From: Narcine bancroftii
Lineage: Eukaryota
Direction of reading: 5' to 3'
Length of the DNA: 64,000 nt
Assembly: GCF_036971445.1 (NCBI RefSeq)
Contig: NC_091478.1
Span: 11,222,001-11,286,000 of the forward strand
Positions within the stretch are counted from its first letter, which is position 1. Every line of letters begins with the position of its first letter. Shown here in pieces: positions 35,885 through 49,608 of this stretch. Below the pieces are notes generated by a model. That model worked only from the letters and a program-made list of their open reading frames with translations, searched no databases and was not told where the DNA came from. The translations under genes and the position numbers were made by a program.

Positions 35885-36927
35885 CAGGTACACAATCCTT
35901 TATCCGGACATCTAAAATCCAGAAAACTCCAAAATCTGGCAAGTGGGGAGAGAGACAGCAGCGCGAGTCGGGCGGGCGAGGGGGAGAGACCGGCAGGGCG
36001 GGCGAGGGGGAGAGACCGGCAGGGCGGGCGAGGGGGAGAGACCGGCAGGGCGGGCGAGGGGGAGAGACCGGCAGGGCGGGCGAGGGGGAGAGACCGGCAG
36101 GGCGGGCGAGGGGGAGAGACCGGCAGGGCGGGCGAGGGGGAGAGACCGGCAGGGCGGGCGAGGGGGAGAGACCGGCAGGGCGGGCGAGGGGGAGAGACCG
36201 GCAGGGCGGGCGAGGGGGAGAGACCGGCAGGGCGGGCGAGGGGGAGAGACCGGCAGGGCGGGCGAGGGGGAGAGACCGGCAGGGCGGGCGAGGGGGAGAG
36301 ACCGGCAGGGCGGGCGAGGGGGAGAGACCGGCAGGGCGGGCGAGGGGGAGAGACCGGCAGGGCGGGCGAGGGGGAGAGACCGGCAGGGCGGGCGAGGGGG
36401 AGAGACCGGCAGGGCGGGCGAGGGGGAGAGACCGGCAGGGCGGGCGAGGGGGAGAGACCGGCAGGGCGGGCGAGGGGGAGAGACCGGCAGGGCGGGCGAG
36501 GGGGAGAGACCGGCAGGGCGGGCGAGGGGGAGAGACCGGCAGGGCGGGCGAGGGGGAGAGACCGGCAGGGCGGGCGAGGGGGAGAGACCGGCAGGGCGGG
36601 CGAGGGGGAGAGACCGGCAGGGCGGGCGAGGGGGAGAGACCGGCAGGGCGGGCGAGGGGGAGAGACCGGCAGGGCGGGCGAGGGGGAGAGACCGGCAGGG
36701 CGGGCGAGGGGGAGAGACCGGCAGGGCGGGCGAGGGGGAGAGACCGGCAGGGCGGGCGAGGGCCCATTCGGATGGGCAAGGGGGTTGGGGGAGATGGCAG
36801 CATGACTGGAAGCGGGTGGGGATGGATACGGCAGCACAATTCGGGTGGGCTTAAATCTGGCTTTCCAAAATCCGAAATTCGGAACACACTGTCCCCCAAT
36901 GATTCCGGATAAAGGATTGTTTACCTG
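35885..36927. mobile_element. TA-flanked MITE containing a minisatellite
   Basis: 24-bp TIRs CAGGTACACAATCCTTTATCCGGA / TCCGGATAAAGGATTGTTTACCTG (1 mismatch), TA on both sides. Confidence 0.88.
35970..36762. repeat. 26-bp minisatellite (GGGCGGGCGAGGGGGAGAGACCGGCA), about 30 copies
   Basis: Visually identical tandem units. Confidence 0.95.
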
Positions 36928-39900
36928 TATATCTCATGAGATGGAGACAAATAGTTCCAAAAAAGAAATGAGGCAAAGATTGACTTTGTGAAAGTGAGGG
37001 CAGGATGAAAATGAGCAAAGTTATAAAACTTGAGTTCTGCATAATCTGCAAGGAGTCCATTCTGTTTTTTTTCAATTCCTCCGATAATGACTCTGAAATG
37101 TTTCTTTCTTTCTGAACTGTGGTTTCCTCTGTACCTTTGTTAACAAAGCCCTTGACTACATCTCATCATTTCCTGTTTCTTCAACCCCTCTCTGAGTAGA
37201 ACAAACCTTTCATCTTTACTATCCTCCCTTTTGGCACTTCACAGCAAGCATTCTCTTTGTGACTTAATGATCCACTTCTCCTTTCCCACCAACCTCCTCT
37301 CTCACTAACCCTAACCCTATTCTGACTTTCAACCAAAGATAATGCAACACTTGTCCTTGCACCTCTTCCCATCTCCAGGGACCCAAACAGTCTTTCTAGA
37401 TGAAGCAGTGATTAACTTGTATTTTTTCCATTCTTGTATTTGTTGTTCAGTGTTGGTTGTCTCAGCATTGAGGAAACCAAATACAGAATGAGTAATTGCT
37501 TTGCCAAACGAACACCTCCATTCATTCTGCAGGAACGACTCTGGTTTTTCTCTCACCTTCTACTTCCAATTTCCTTCTCTCATTTTCACTCTGACCTTTT
37601 GGTGTGGTCACCTTTTGGTGACACACAGATCCAACAAAGCAAGAGGTGCAGCATCTCATCTTTGGGCACAGAGCAGTCTTCTGGATTAAATTTTGATTTC
37701 TACAACTCTACAACTCAGTCAACTCTAATCTCTCTGTATCAGTTCATTTTTGCTTTTTTTTCTCAGTTGAGAACATTTTCAACTTGACATTCTCACATCA
37801 TCCTGCTCTTCATTTTTGTTTGTTTCCTTCTGCTCCCTTTCATGCATTGACCTAAAAATCTCTTTGTAGCTTATTCCTATGGTCACCCCAGTTTTGCCCA
37901 AAAAAGCTTCTTTTGTCTTCCTTTCAGTTCCGCCGAGATGTCTCTGACGTGAAACGTTAACTCTGACTCTCCTCCATTGGATACAGCCTGACCTGCAGTG
38001 TATTTTCATTTTTCTCCCATTTTGTTTTCAATTGATAATCAACTGCAGTTTTGATTTTTCTTCAAGGTTATCGCATTCATTGATGGAAATTGATACCTCA
38101 GATCTTGTTTTTATGAGCTTGGATAAATGAGTATGGAACACTACTTCAGTAATTAAATGTGATATCTAATTGCGTGGTATTTGTCAGTAGTTTGCTAACA
38201 TTGTCCTCCTCTGCTTCAAGGTGGATTAATTTGTCTTTTAAATGCAATGAAGGGTTCAACACATTAATATTGTGTGGAAAACTAGGTTAGGATAAGTTTT
38301 GAATTGATAATTTTATGGGGGAATTTTGATATTTCTTGTTAACACAAAATAATGTGTGTGAGGAGAATACCTTCTGCTATCAAGAGATGTGAGGATTGGT
38401 AGATTAATTTGCCAATGTAAATTAATCTCAAAGGTAGCGGACATAGCTAGATTCATCACAGGCTCCAAAATCCCATCATTGAAGAAGATGATGAGAGACA
38501 CTGCCTCAAGAAAACAGCCAACATTATATCTCCCTGGCCACAATCTCTTCTCGGTGCTATTTTTATGAGAAGATAGTGTTCAAGAACAGTTTCTTTCCAA
38601 CTGCTATCAGGCTTTCCGGACTGCTGCAACATCGAAAAAGGGCTGTCGACCCTCTTTGTCTTGCACTATGGTAACTTAATATTAATTTCTTTTGTACTCA
38701 TCTCTTTAATCTATACTATTGCAATTGTTTTTTTTCATGAAGTACCTGTATAGCTGCATCAAGTAAGAATGTTGGTGTACGTGGACATTGATAAAGAGTT
38801 TATTGTCATATACATGGTGCAATGTGCAGGTGAATGGTAGAATCTGGGCATAATTGCTGAGTTGCCAAGGAGTGTTAAAATTAAATGGAATTAATGTAAA
38901 TGGATGGTTTAATTTCCCCAATATTGATTGGGATTTTCTTAGTGCAAGAGAATTAGATGGGACCAAATTTGTTTGGTGCACTCAGGAAGGTTTCTTAAAG
39001 CAGCATGCAGATTAGTCCAAACAAGGAAGGGGTCATGCAAGGCCCTGTATTAGAAAATGAGCCTGGCCAAGTGATCAAAGTTTCAGTGGAGGAGCATTTT
39101 GGGAATAGTGATCATAGCTCCTTAAATTTCAAGCTCGTTATGAAAAAGAATAAGCTGGACCTTGTGGGGAAAATGCAAAATTGGGGGAGAAAGACAAATT
39201 ATGGCCTTATTTGAAGCTTGGAGAAGTTGATTGGGAGCAGAGGTTCATTCTTCATATTCTCTATTTTGAGAGCAAGAAAAAGATGGTCCTTTGAAGAAGA
39301 TTTAGCTGTATGCCCTTAAGGGCCTGGTGGGATGTATCCCACATGACATGCTGAAAAAAAGCTGTTTAAATGCAGAAGTCCTTTTCTTCTGGAAACAAAA
39401 GGCATTTTCGGATGGCCAAAATTTCCGCTTGTAAAGCCGCATATTATGGCCACTTGAATGCACAGGAGGTGTCTGCGAGGCTAACTTTGTAACCCTCCTC
39501 CAAGATGGATAATCGCCTCAGCACAGAGCCCCCCACCCCGGCCATCTAAATGTAGCTGCCTGAAAGCGGCTGCATTCGGGATGACAGTCAGCTGGCGAGC
39601 GCCTGACAGCTCCTCTCCCAGCTGCCCCTTCCCCCGGTGCGGGACATCAGGGCAGGGGCAGCCGGCGTAGGCTGTCAGTGCGGGGACTGAGAATCATGAC
39701 TTATCGAAACCTCTCACCTTTTAAGTTTAGTGGGATTTTGTGTGCGGGCGTAAGCCCCATACTCCCTCACTGGCCGCCCCAGCCCCGTACTCCCCCACCG
39801 GGGGATGTCCCCGCGCTGATAGCCCTCACCAGCTGTCCCAGCGCTGACAGCCCTCACCAGCTGTCCCAGCGCTGACAGCCAGCCATCCCAAAATCCCAAA

Positions 39901-40429
39901 TATGACAGCCCAAAGGGATAGGAGCCGGAGTGGGCTCAGATGTGCATCCAGTACAGCTGTCCCTTCAGGTGGCCAGCGCTGCACTTTTAGTGCTGCCACC
40001 TGAACGGCATTTCAAAGGGTCGCTTCCTCCTCTTCAGGCGCATTCTTAGCGGAGAATCCACCTGAAGAAGCCTACAGAATAGAGTGCAAATTAAGAATCT
40101 GTCCTTGCTGGAGAACTGTGTTAAATTGACAGCATTGCCCTTCAGAATGAATAGCCATACTTTGGAGAGTTCAGAAGAGATTTTCGAGAATGGTGCAATT
40201 AACCAGAATCTTCACTTGTATTACAATGGTTCTTCTAAGAGCAGAAGACACTTAATTAGGGTGTTCAAATTGCAAATGGTTTTCATTCAGCAACAAGGAA
40301 AAACTCTTCATTGGAGAAATATCTCTACAGCTTTGGAATAAAAGCTGGTTAATGAGATCAGGCATTACTAAAGATGGGTCAAATTGTGCATTATTTTATG
40401 ATTCCATTCCTTATGCCTTAGTTAACTAG

Positions 40430-40759
<330 letters not shown>

Positions 40760-40879
40760 TGATATGTACTTTCTTATGAACTCTTGAAAGTAACAGGAAA
40801 TATGGCAACCACTTTGTACAATTTAGAGTCACATCAAGAAAAATAACTTCTGATTACCTTTGTTAATGTTGCTTGAAGC

Positions 40880-41425
40880 CTACATGGTTAAATCCAAGTA
40901 AAGGGAAGATACTACACAGTGAATGGTAGGGATCTGGAGAGTGTTGAAGAGCAGAGTGATTTAGGAGTACAAGTACATAGGAACTTGGAAGTGGTGTCAA
41001 AGGCAGATAGGGTGGCACATTAGCCATCATTTATTGAGTACAGAAGTTAGGAGGTTGTGCTACAGTCGTATAGGATGCTGGTAAGTTTTAGTCACCATGC
41101 TTTCGGAAAGAAGTCGAGCTGTAGAGGGTGCTGAGAAGATTTACATGGATATTGCCAGGACTCGGGGGCTTGAGCTATGGGGAGAGGCTGAGCAGACTAG
41201 GGCTTTGACCCTTGGAGCATAAGAGAGTGAGGGGTGACCTCATTAGAGTTGTGTAAAATCATGAGAGGGATAGATTCAGTAGGGGAATCTGTAGCCAAAG
41301 AACATCAGTTTAAGATGGGTGTGGGGAGGAACCTGAGGGATAATGTATTTTTACACAGAGTTGAGGGTGTATGGAACGGGCTGCTGGAGGAGATGGTTGA
41401 GGCAGGCACTATTGCAATGTTTTAG
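40880..41425 (+). mobile_element. CR1-type LINE fragment
   Basis: Degenerate ORF2 C-terminus (DLGVQVH, LSYGERLSRLGL..LE). Confidence 0.65.
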
Positions 41426-41639
41426 AAAAAATTAGAAAAAAGACCATGGGAAAAAGCGATGGTGGACCTGTCCTCCCAGAGTTCCATGCAGCAACAAAAG
41501 GGCTGCATGCATGGAACATTTGTAGAGAAGTTTCAGCTGCATAGAATTCTGGGAGGCTAGGTCCGCCATTGCTTTTCTTCCCATGATCTTTATAAATTTT
41601 GTGCTGTTTAAAAATTGTCTGCTATTGCTATTTATGTTC

Positions 41640-41654
41640 CTCTCTCTCTCTCTC

Positions 41655-41698
<44 letters not shown>
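41640..41698. repeat. (CT)n microsatellite
   Basis: Directly visible. Confidence 0.9.
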
Positions 41699-41700
<2 letters not shown>

Positions 41701-42394
41701 CTGCTGTGACTTTCCCATGGCAAAGTTTATACATTCTTAATCTTTTCTTCCTTCACTTTTCTGTACTCGTGCAAAAACTTGGGTCATTTCAATCCCACAA
41801 TGCAATTACCTGTTTCACACTTGCCTGATTGCAACGCTGGCGTCTGCAGATGCCAGGGATTGTTCTCGGGGGTTTCGGCGTGAGACAACGTTATCTGATG
41901 CCAGCGTTGAGCTGATTTTGCTTTCACACTATCACTTTAAAGGCCAATTGGCAGTTAATTCCTGGGATCACTTGCATGTGTGATAGGGCTCTCAAAAATC
42001 GTGTTTTTTTACCTCTTTGCAAAACCACATGATTTTCAGAGCCTAAACATCTGCCCCTTTAAAACAATTGTCTATTTATTCCATTACATCAGTCCAATTA
42101 AGTTCTTTCCAAAGCAGTTCCACTGTCACTGCAAAGTCACTACAGACTTGTAGGCTCCACTTTCGGCATAGCTCTTGCATTTTTAATGAGGTGGCTTTTG
42201 TGAATTGTTAATATCTCTTTGTGAAGTGTTACTGAGATGTCCCTATTATGATACCTATACTCCATAATCTATACCTTTTATTAAAGACATATTTTATCCT
42301 AATTTTATTAACCCATTTTGTACAATCATCATTGCGTGGTGAGCCAGATATTTAATTCAAACCATAATCCATATTTGAATTTAATTTACAATAA

Positions 42395-42490
<96 letters not shown>

Positions 42491-42779
42491 TAAGGATTAT
42501 GTTTGATGTCAGGTAACCAGATTCCTTCCATGTTAGACAATTTTTCCTTGTAATTTTTAGTTTGTGTTTGGAGAAATATCTGACGTCAACTGGGGAAGCA
42601 TCAATCAAATGGAGCGTAAGCAGGTGGAAACTCAAAAAACTATAGATACTGGAAAATGGAGCCAAAATAAAGAACCTGTTGAAGGGCAGGAAGGAATTGA
42701 TGTTTCTGCACGTTCTACCAGCAGTTTATTTTCTTTCCTTGACAGGAGGTGTTATCACAATACAATGAAAAGTTAGTTC

Positions 42780-43745
42780 AGAAGGTTAAGGTTATTCATG
42801 GAGAAGTTGCAAACTGATTTTGAAATTGGTTGTGTGGGATGAAACTGAGAGTGGTAGTGGAGGGTTGTTTCTAAGACTGGAGGCCTGTGACTTGTGGTGT
42901 GCTTCAGGGATCTGTGTTGGGACCATTGTTGTGTTTTGTCTATATCAATGACCTGGATGATAATTGGATCAGCTGATGACACAAAAATAGGAGGTGTTGT
43001 GGATAGAGAGGAAAATTTTCAAAGCTTGCAGAGGCATCTGGACCAACTGGGCCAAAAAAAGGCAGATAGAGTTTAATTCAGACAAGTGTGAGGTGGTGGA
43101 TTTTGGAAGGGAAAACCAAGGTAGGGCATGCACAGCAAATGCTCGGGCACTGAGGAGTGCGGAAGAGCAATGTGATCTGGGAATACAGTTACATTGTTCC
43201 CTGAAGGGTTGTAAAGAAAGCTTTTAGGATTTTCTGTTGAAGTTGTTTAAGACATTGGTGAGGCCAAATTTGGAATATTGTGTGCATTTCTGGTCACCTG
43301 ACTACAGGAAGGATATCAATAAGATTGAAAGAATACAGAGAAGATTTACTGGGATGTTGCTGGGTCTTCTGCAGTTGAGTTACAGGGAAGGATTAAGCAG
43401 GTTAGGATTTTATTCCTTGGAGCAAAGAAGAATGAGGGGAGATTTGTTAGAGGTTTACAAGATATAGACAGTGGATGTGAGTAGGCTTTTTCCACTTAGA
43501 TTGGGGGAGGTTATAGTTTTAAGCAGAGATGGGAAAGGTTTAGATGGAACGTGAGGAGAAAGTTCTTCATTCAGAATGGTGGGAGTGTGGAATGAACTAC
43601 CATCTGATGTGAATGCAGGCTCGATCTTGAATTGTAAGAATAAATTGGATAGATACATGGATGGGAAAGGTCTGCAGGGTTATGGAATGGAAACAGGTCA
43701 ATGGGATTAGTGGAATAATGGTCAGCACAAACTAGAAGGGCTGAT
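42780..43745 (+). mobile_element. CR1-type LINE (RT to 3' end)
   Basis: '[11 protein letters not shown]' and 'LFKTLVRPNLEYCVHFWSPDYRKDINKIERIQRRFT...YSLEQRRMRGDLLEVYKI'. Confidence 0.9.
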
Positions 43746-44959
43746 AACAGGTTGCTGTCGCTCAAAACATTCCTGGATAAAATGTTCCTTGGGTGGGGAG
43801 GGGTGGGGGGAAGAAAGATTGGAGGAGGAGTGAGGTGTTGTGGCAGTATTGAGTATGGAGTATATTGTGAGTCAGAAAATGTCCTGGAACAATTGAACAT
43901 GGAATCACCTATCAGTGAAAATGGATCAATAAAACGTAGATGCTGGAAAGATGATTGCTTAGAATTAAGAAATGGAGGAGATGCAAATTCTCTATTCTCT
44001 GCCAACTTGTTGAAGGGCATATTTCCAGAGAAATTCTGAAATATTCAAACGCTATAGTGGGAATGTTGAGGAATTACAACCAAGTTACCATTAACATAAA
44101 GGATAAAGAGGAGATGGTTTCAGAAATGCATTCAGTAGAACTTTCTTGATAGGTGTGCTTCAAGAAGGAATCAAACATGAGAATGAACTCAGAATGAAAC
44201 CAAATGGAAATGCGGCTTGTGGTAAATGAATCATCACCAAAGAAGAAGATATTGCTGGAATCTTAACAAAGAAGCATCCAATTAAAATTCTAGATGGACT
44301 TTGCATAGATTAATCACCTGTTTCAAATGTGTCAAGTAAAGAACAGAGAAAAAGTTGCAGGGACCCTGGCTGTAATCTTGGAAGCATCTATAGATGTGTG
44401 TGTGTGTTTGGCACTTTAGGGTTGGAATGATGCATTTTCAATCCTGGTTCAAAAACAAAATACTTGCACAGACTGGTCACATTTCTCTCTTGTGGTAGAG
44501 AATGTGGAAATACTGGGAACATGTGGTGTTTTTGAGAGATTGCTATTGGAACTGTGTAATCATTTTTCTTGTAATGAATAGAATCTTAGTTAAAACTTCA
44601 TTTTAATTCTTTTAAAAATCTGTCCCAAATCTGGAGGAGTTTCTTTACAATTATCTAGCATTTATAGTGAAAAGTTGAATTAATATTTTGAAGTGTGAGC
44701 ATTTCCACTTCCATAGAACATGTACCGACTTCCATAGAACATGTTATGATTAATGGTGTAATAGCTGTTGCACTTTAAATTCAAACAAATTTGTTTTTAT
44801 CATTTACTATCAGATGTACATATTTAATCTTCATGTAATGATTTTGATGAGGCTGTATATGTAAATGAGCTGTACAAGAACACAGGCATGTATGGATAAA
44901 AATGCTTCCAATTTTGATATTCAATAGGAAAACCAAAATTTACATTTTTATCTTTCGAG

Positions 44960-45060
44960 ATGTCGTATTTTGGAGTTTAAACTTACAAAGTCCTCAAAGA
45001 AAGTATTAAAGAAAATGACACGTTTCCTTTCCAAAGGAGAAGGAGCAAATGAAAGTGGTG
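44960..45060 (+). CDS. ATE1: ATE1 exon 4 (CRILEFKLTKSSKKVLKKMTRFLSKGEGANESG)
   Basis: Matches the SKSHKKVLKKM..FL.KGE motif; acceptor TTTCGAG| (GAG), donor G|GTGAGC. Confidence 0.92.
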
Positions 45061-45412
45061 GTGAGCATCTACTACTATGTTGTTTCGAACTGCTAGTTTG
45101 TACTCAAACTAGCTTGTCTTTCATATTATTTGGTTGACATTTAGTATTGTTTCCTACTTCCCAATCTGTATTACAAACTTAGCTTCAATTTCATCCCTTT
45201 TTAAATGTCTGTTAGATGATGTCCATAGATTCTCTTCTGTTAACTTTTTCAATGACATTATCTACCTATGTTGCCACTTTCAAGGATCTATGGCACTTCA
45301 AGGTCTTGTTCTTCATAACTCTTAGACAACATGATACATTGTATCTGTTTATTCTTTTTGAACTAATCGAAGTCCACATTGCAATTATATTTTGTCTTAT
45401 GTAATGAAATAG

Positions 45413-45655
45413 AACCTATGGATTCCATCAATGAAGATACTGGAATTGATCATCCATCTGCAACATGTCTGTCAGAAGTTGATATTGATCTGGAGAAACC
45501 TTTGAAGATTGTGAGCCTTGAAGAAATGCCCAATTCTACTGAAGTGGCTGAGAATCCTCAAATAGACTGTGCTGTTGATACCAGGGACCAGAGTCAAAAA
45601 CATTCATCCACAGAGGCTAATGCTTCCACTGGCTCATTTCACTGTTTTAAACCAG
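45413..45655 (+). CDS. ATE1: ATE1 exon 5 (EPMDSINED...GSFHCFKP), variable region
   Basis: Acceptor AAATAG|, donor CAG|GTACAT; EPMDS start and KPG end conserved. Confidence 0.9.
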
Positions 45656-47264
45656 GTACATTTTAAGAATTTATTGAAAGTAGGATCTTCAATGTAATGT
45701 TCTTAGGAAAAAAATGACTAGCTGTTGATATCTGAATGTCGTTGACTATTACGAAACTGACCAAAACCATTCAACATGTCACCTCATTAACAATTGGCGG
45801 ATCTTCTGTTGATCCCAAATGCCTGGTCTCGGGCCAAGTCATTTGTTTTGCTGAAGCCACCAGCACAGTCTTCCGCTGGGAGCTCTGTGCACGCAGCAAA
45901 TGTCTCCAGTTTGGCAACATACTGAATTTGCAGAAGCACTTTGATAACATGGTGAGATTCTGGGCCTGAGTGAGCCAAAAGTATGAACAAGACCACATAT
46001 ATCTTTGATATTCAGCATTCAAGAATGATAAGAACCAGTTTGAAAACGAAACAAATTAAATTTTTTATTACCAAGGTATTGTTAAATCATTAAAATGATT
46101 ACTTGCCTTTCTCACAACAGCTGATCTGTCATCTAGTTGAGTTAGGCCTCCTGTGCCGGGTTTAGGCATTGGAAGGGGCTTCAGTATATTTATATGGAAA
46201 CTCTTGTTAATTGTAGAGGATTACTCAGGGAGCTGCATGTGATGGCAGAAGATGTCATTGTTGGCTTGTGGTGGAATTTAGCATTTATGTGGATAATATT
46301 GGCAAAGGACAAAGTTCCACTCTTTTTAAATGAAAAAGCTTCCTGGTTTTTTCTTTAGATAGCTAAGATATAATTTATAGAGCTTTAAGAAGGAATTAAG
46401 AATTTAACTAGTGCTGGATTATGTATCTGTGCATAAATCATGAAACTCCTTTGAAATATTGAAAGTATAGAATATTCCACTTTAACATCTCATGCAAAAT
46501 GACCAGTTTATTTCCTTCTTCCCAGTACAAACCATATATATGTGCAAGATTCATAGTTTTCAATACACTGGTATCACCAGAGGGTGGCAGTGCGGTATAG
46601 CAATTTTGTCCACATTTGGAACCTGAAAGAAATGCGGGATTGCTGTACATTTTTGAATGTCAAAGGTAAAAGTGGATTTTGTGGTTCTTGCTTTGCTTAC
46701 TCCTGTAGGCAAAATTCTTGTATCTTGTCAGAACAGGATAAGAGAAGGGACGTTACGTGTTGATGCTAGTTTTGTGTATTTGTTTGGATCTGTTGTCATG
46801 TGACCAAGTTGCCTTAAACTTGCTAGTATTTTACTTTTTCATTCGGATGATAAGATGATATCAATGCCAAATTAAGAGATTTGATAGAGGTTTACAAGAT
46901 AATTGAAAGGTATAGACGGAGTGGGTGTGAGTAGGCCTTTCGCACTTAGATTGGGGGAGATCAATACGAGAGGTCATAGTTTTAAGCTGAAAAGGGAAAA
47001 GTTTAGGGGGAACATTAGGGGAAAGTTCTTCACTCAGAGTGGTGGGAATGTGGAATGAGCTGACCTCCAGACGATTGGAGTCAGGGGAATTGTATTGGCA
47101 TGGATTGAGGATTGGTTAACTGACAGAAGACAGAGAGTGGGATAAATGGGTGTTTTCTGATTGGCAAACAGTAGCAAGTGGGGGGCCACAGGGGTCGGTG
47201 CTGGGCCTGCAGCTGTTCACCATTTACATTGTTGATTTGGGAGAGGGGACAGAGTGTCGTGCGG

Positions 47265-47907
47265 GGACTGGAACAGGACAAGCTGGCAAGCTTGTGGAAA
47301 ACCCCATTTGGAAGATGGGTTGTGAGTGCTTTGTTCAGCCTGTTCAAAGCCCTTGTGGTTCAGACAAGAGGAGAGGACTGGCTGACTAATGTTTCACTTG
47401 AATTAAGAGAAACAAAAAGGAACTCTCTTGTGACCTGGAAGAAGGAGATGATCATCTGGAGAACCCTGAGGGGGCAAGTTTCTTCGGCAAGACACTGAAG
47501 TGGCTGATTACAAAGGAATCAGTTGTGGGTGTCCAGCGTCCAACAAATCTCTCTCTGAAAACCGACAAGAACCTTCCTGAGCGATAACCATGTACCTTTC
47601 AAGCACCAAAGCCTGGTGAACTTTATAAATGTTAAATTCTGTGCACAGTCTAAGAATTGCCTGCAACCAATGAACTTGGAGGAATGAGAAGCGAGATGGA
47701 CTGTGAATCAAAGAACTTTTCTGAACTTACACATTGCGCTTAGAATTAGAAGGGGGTTTAGTTAGGTTTGTTAAGTCAATAGTGATACGTTAGTTTGATT
47801 CTGTTTTCATGTTTAAAGATAATTAAAAGTAACTTTTGTTTAAGTAACCATTTGTTTTGGTGAATATCTATTGCTGCTGGGTTTTGGGGTCCTGTAGGCT
47901 TGTAACA
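47265..47907 (+). mobile_element. Partial LTR (3' part), same family as 59553-60561
   Basis: Ends TGTAACA; similar to the reverse complement of about 59553-60190. Confidence 0.8.
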
Positions 47908-47909
47908 AT

Positions 47910-48830
47910 AGTAATTGGACTAAATGATTACTGCCCAGTGTCACTGATCTCGACGATCATGAAGTGCTTTGAGCGACAGGTAATGGAACATATCAAGTCA
48001 CACCTTCCATTGTCATTTGACCTGTTCCAGTTTGCCTACCATCCAAATTGGTTTACAGAGGATGCCACAGCCTTGTCCCTCCCCCTAGAGAACAATGCCT
48101 GATATGCCAGACTTCAGCTCGGCATTCAGCAAGATCATATCTCAGAGGCTCAACACTCTTCTCTGCAACTGGATTCTGGACTGCTTACCAAAATGACCAG
48201 GTTGCTAAAACCTCATGCCCCATCACTCCGAGCACGAGTACACCTCCGGGCTGTGCGCTCAGCCAGCATCTCCTCATGCTGCCAACTCGCAACCGCGCTG
48301 CCAGATTCCGTTCATTTCACTTGAGGCTGGTACAACAGTTGCTGGTCTCATCAGTGTCAATGACAAGTCGGCTTCGAGGAAGTTGGGAGACTCATAAAAT
48401 AAATTGAGATCAACCTGAGTCTCCACATTGTCATGCCAAAGGAGAGGTTTGTGGAATTCAGACGGATGAAGATTGATCACTATTCACTGCACATGAATGC
48501 TTCTGTCGTGGAGAGCACGGAGTTCCATGCTGTGCTTGTGAAGGACATCCTGGACCCACAACATCACCGAAGTGCTAGCAAGGCGCAGAATCACTTGTAC
48601 TTTCTAAGCAGCTTGAGGAGCACAATTGAGAGTATCTGACTGAATCATTGTTGTGTATGGTCGTTGCAAATCATCGTACTGGAAGCCAAGACAGAGGATC
48701 ATCTAAACGACCAGTACGATCACTGGGGTCTGCCTTTCATCTATTGATGAAGTTTACTGGAAACATTGCATAAATAGGGTTCAAAGAATTATGGTGGACT
48801 CTTTCCATCCAAGCACATCTTTGCCATCAA
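47910..48830 (+). mobile_element. Rex1/Babar-like LINE fragment
   Basis: '[38 protein letters not shown]'. Confidence 0.8.
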
Positions 48831-49357
48831 GGAGGGCAAAGTGCTTATAATTGGAGATTTTAATTTTCGTTCAAGGATGGCCACAAAATAGAATAGCTTA
48901 CGCAGTTATAGGGTGTACAAGATTAAAAGATTTAATGAGTTGGCATTCAGTAATAGTAAACCTATGATCAAATTTGCTCTGGTGACTGAGAAGTTTAAGG
49001 AATTATTTTGTCAAAATTTGGCTTTGAAACTTGGTTTGACTTTAAAGAAGGTAAACTCGTTCCCTTACATCGTTCGTTATCAGTTTGGAACTGTTCACAG
49101 TTCTCAATCTCTCGACACTGAAGTTTTCGTTGTTGCTTGGGCGTTAAAAGTGAGATAGGGTAGGGATTATTTCATTGCATTATTTCTTATGCTCCAAGTA
49201 TTGACTTAGAAAGTTGGCATTTAAGATGAACTTGGATGTGTTGATTTGTTTTATTTAAGTTTGTGTTTGGTTCGATTCAAATAGTAAAGTGAAACTGCAT
49301 GTATTTTTATTATGATACAATCTGTCCTGTTTGTTTTTGTAACAAAAAAAAAACAAG

Positions 49358-49608
49358 GTCAAGGAGCCGATCCAAATAAACCACCATGCCGCAAAGCAAA
49401 AGATATTCGGAGGGAGAGGAAATTGAAAAAGCTGCTTCAGAAACAGCAACAAACTGAAATGTCTAATGTCCCCCAAAACCAAGAAGCCGATGGTGATGCT
49501 CCAGATACTCTTCTCTTGCCACATCGTAGCAAACGACCAAATCAACCAAAGTCATTAGAAGAATTTATTTCTGCATCTTTATCTTCAGATGCAGTGCATC
49601 ACTTCGAG
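49358..49608 (+). CDS. ATE1: ATE1 exon 6 (GQGADPNKPPCRKAKDIRRERK...NQPKSLEEFISASLSSDAVHHFE)
   Basis: Acceptor AACAAG|, donor GAG|GTACCT, phase 0. Confidence 0.95.

Noticed and set aside
11428-36762. Tandem arrays as CRISPR-like repeats
   Set aside because: No unique spacers, no cas genes, eukaryotic context.
35823-36899. 300-360 aa ORFs on both strands
   Set aside because: Translation of the 26-bp minisatellite inside a MITE.
46571-46592. CTCF-like motif CACCAGAGGGTGGCAGTG
   Set aside because: Mismatches at core positions in either alignment; cannot be supported without PWM scoring or ChIP.
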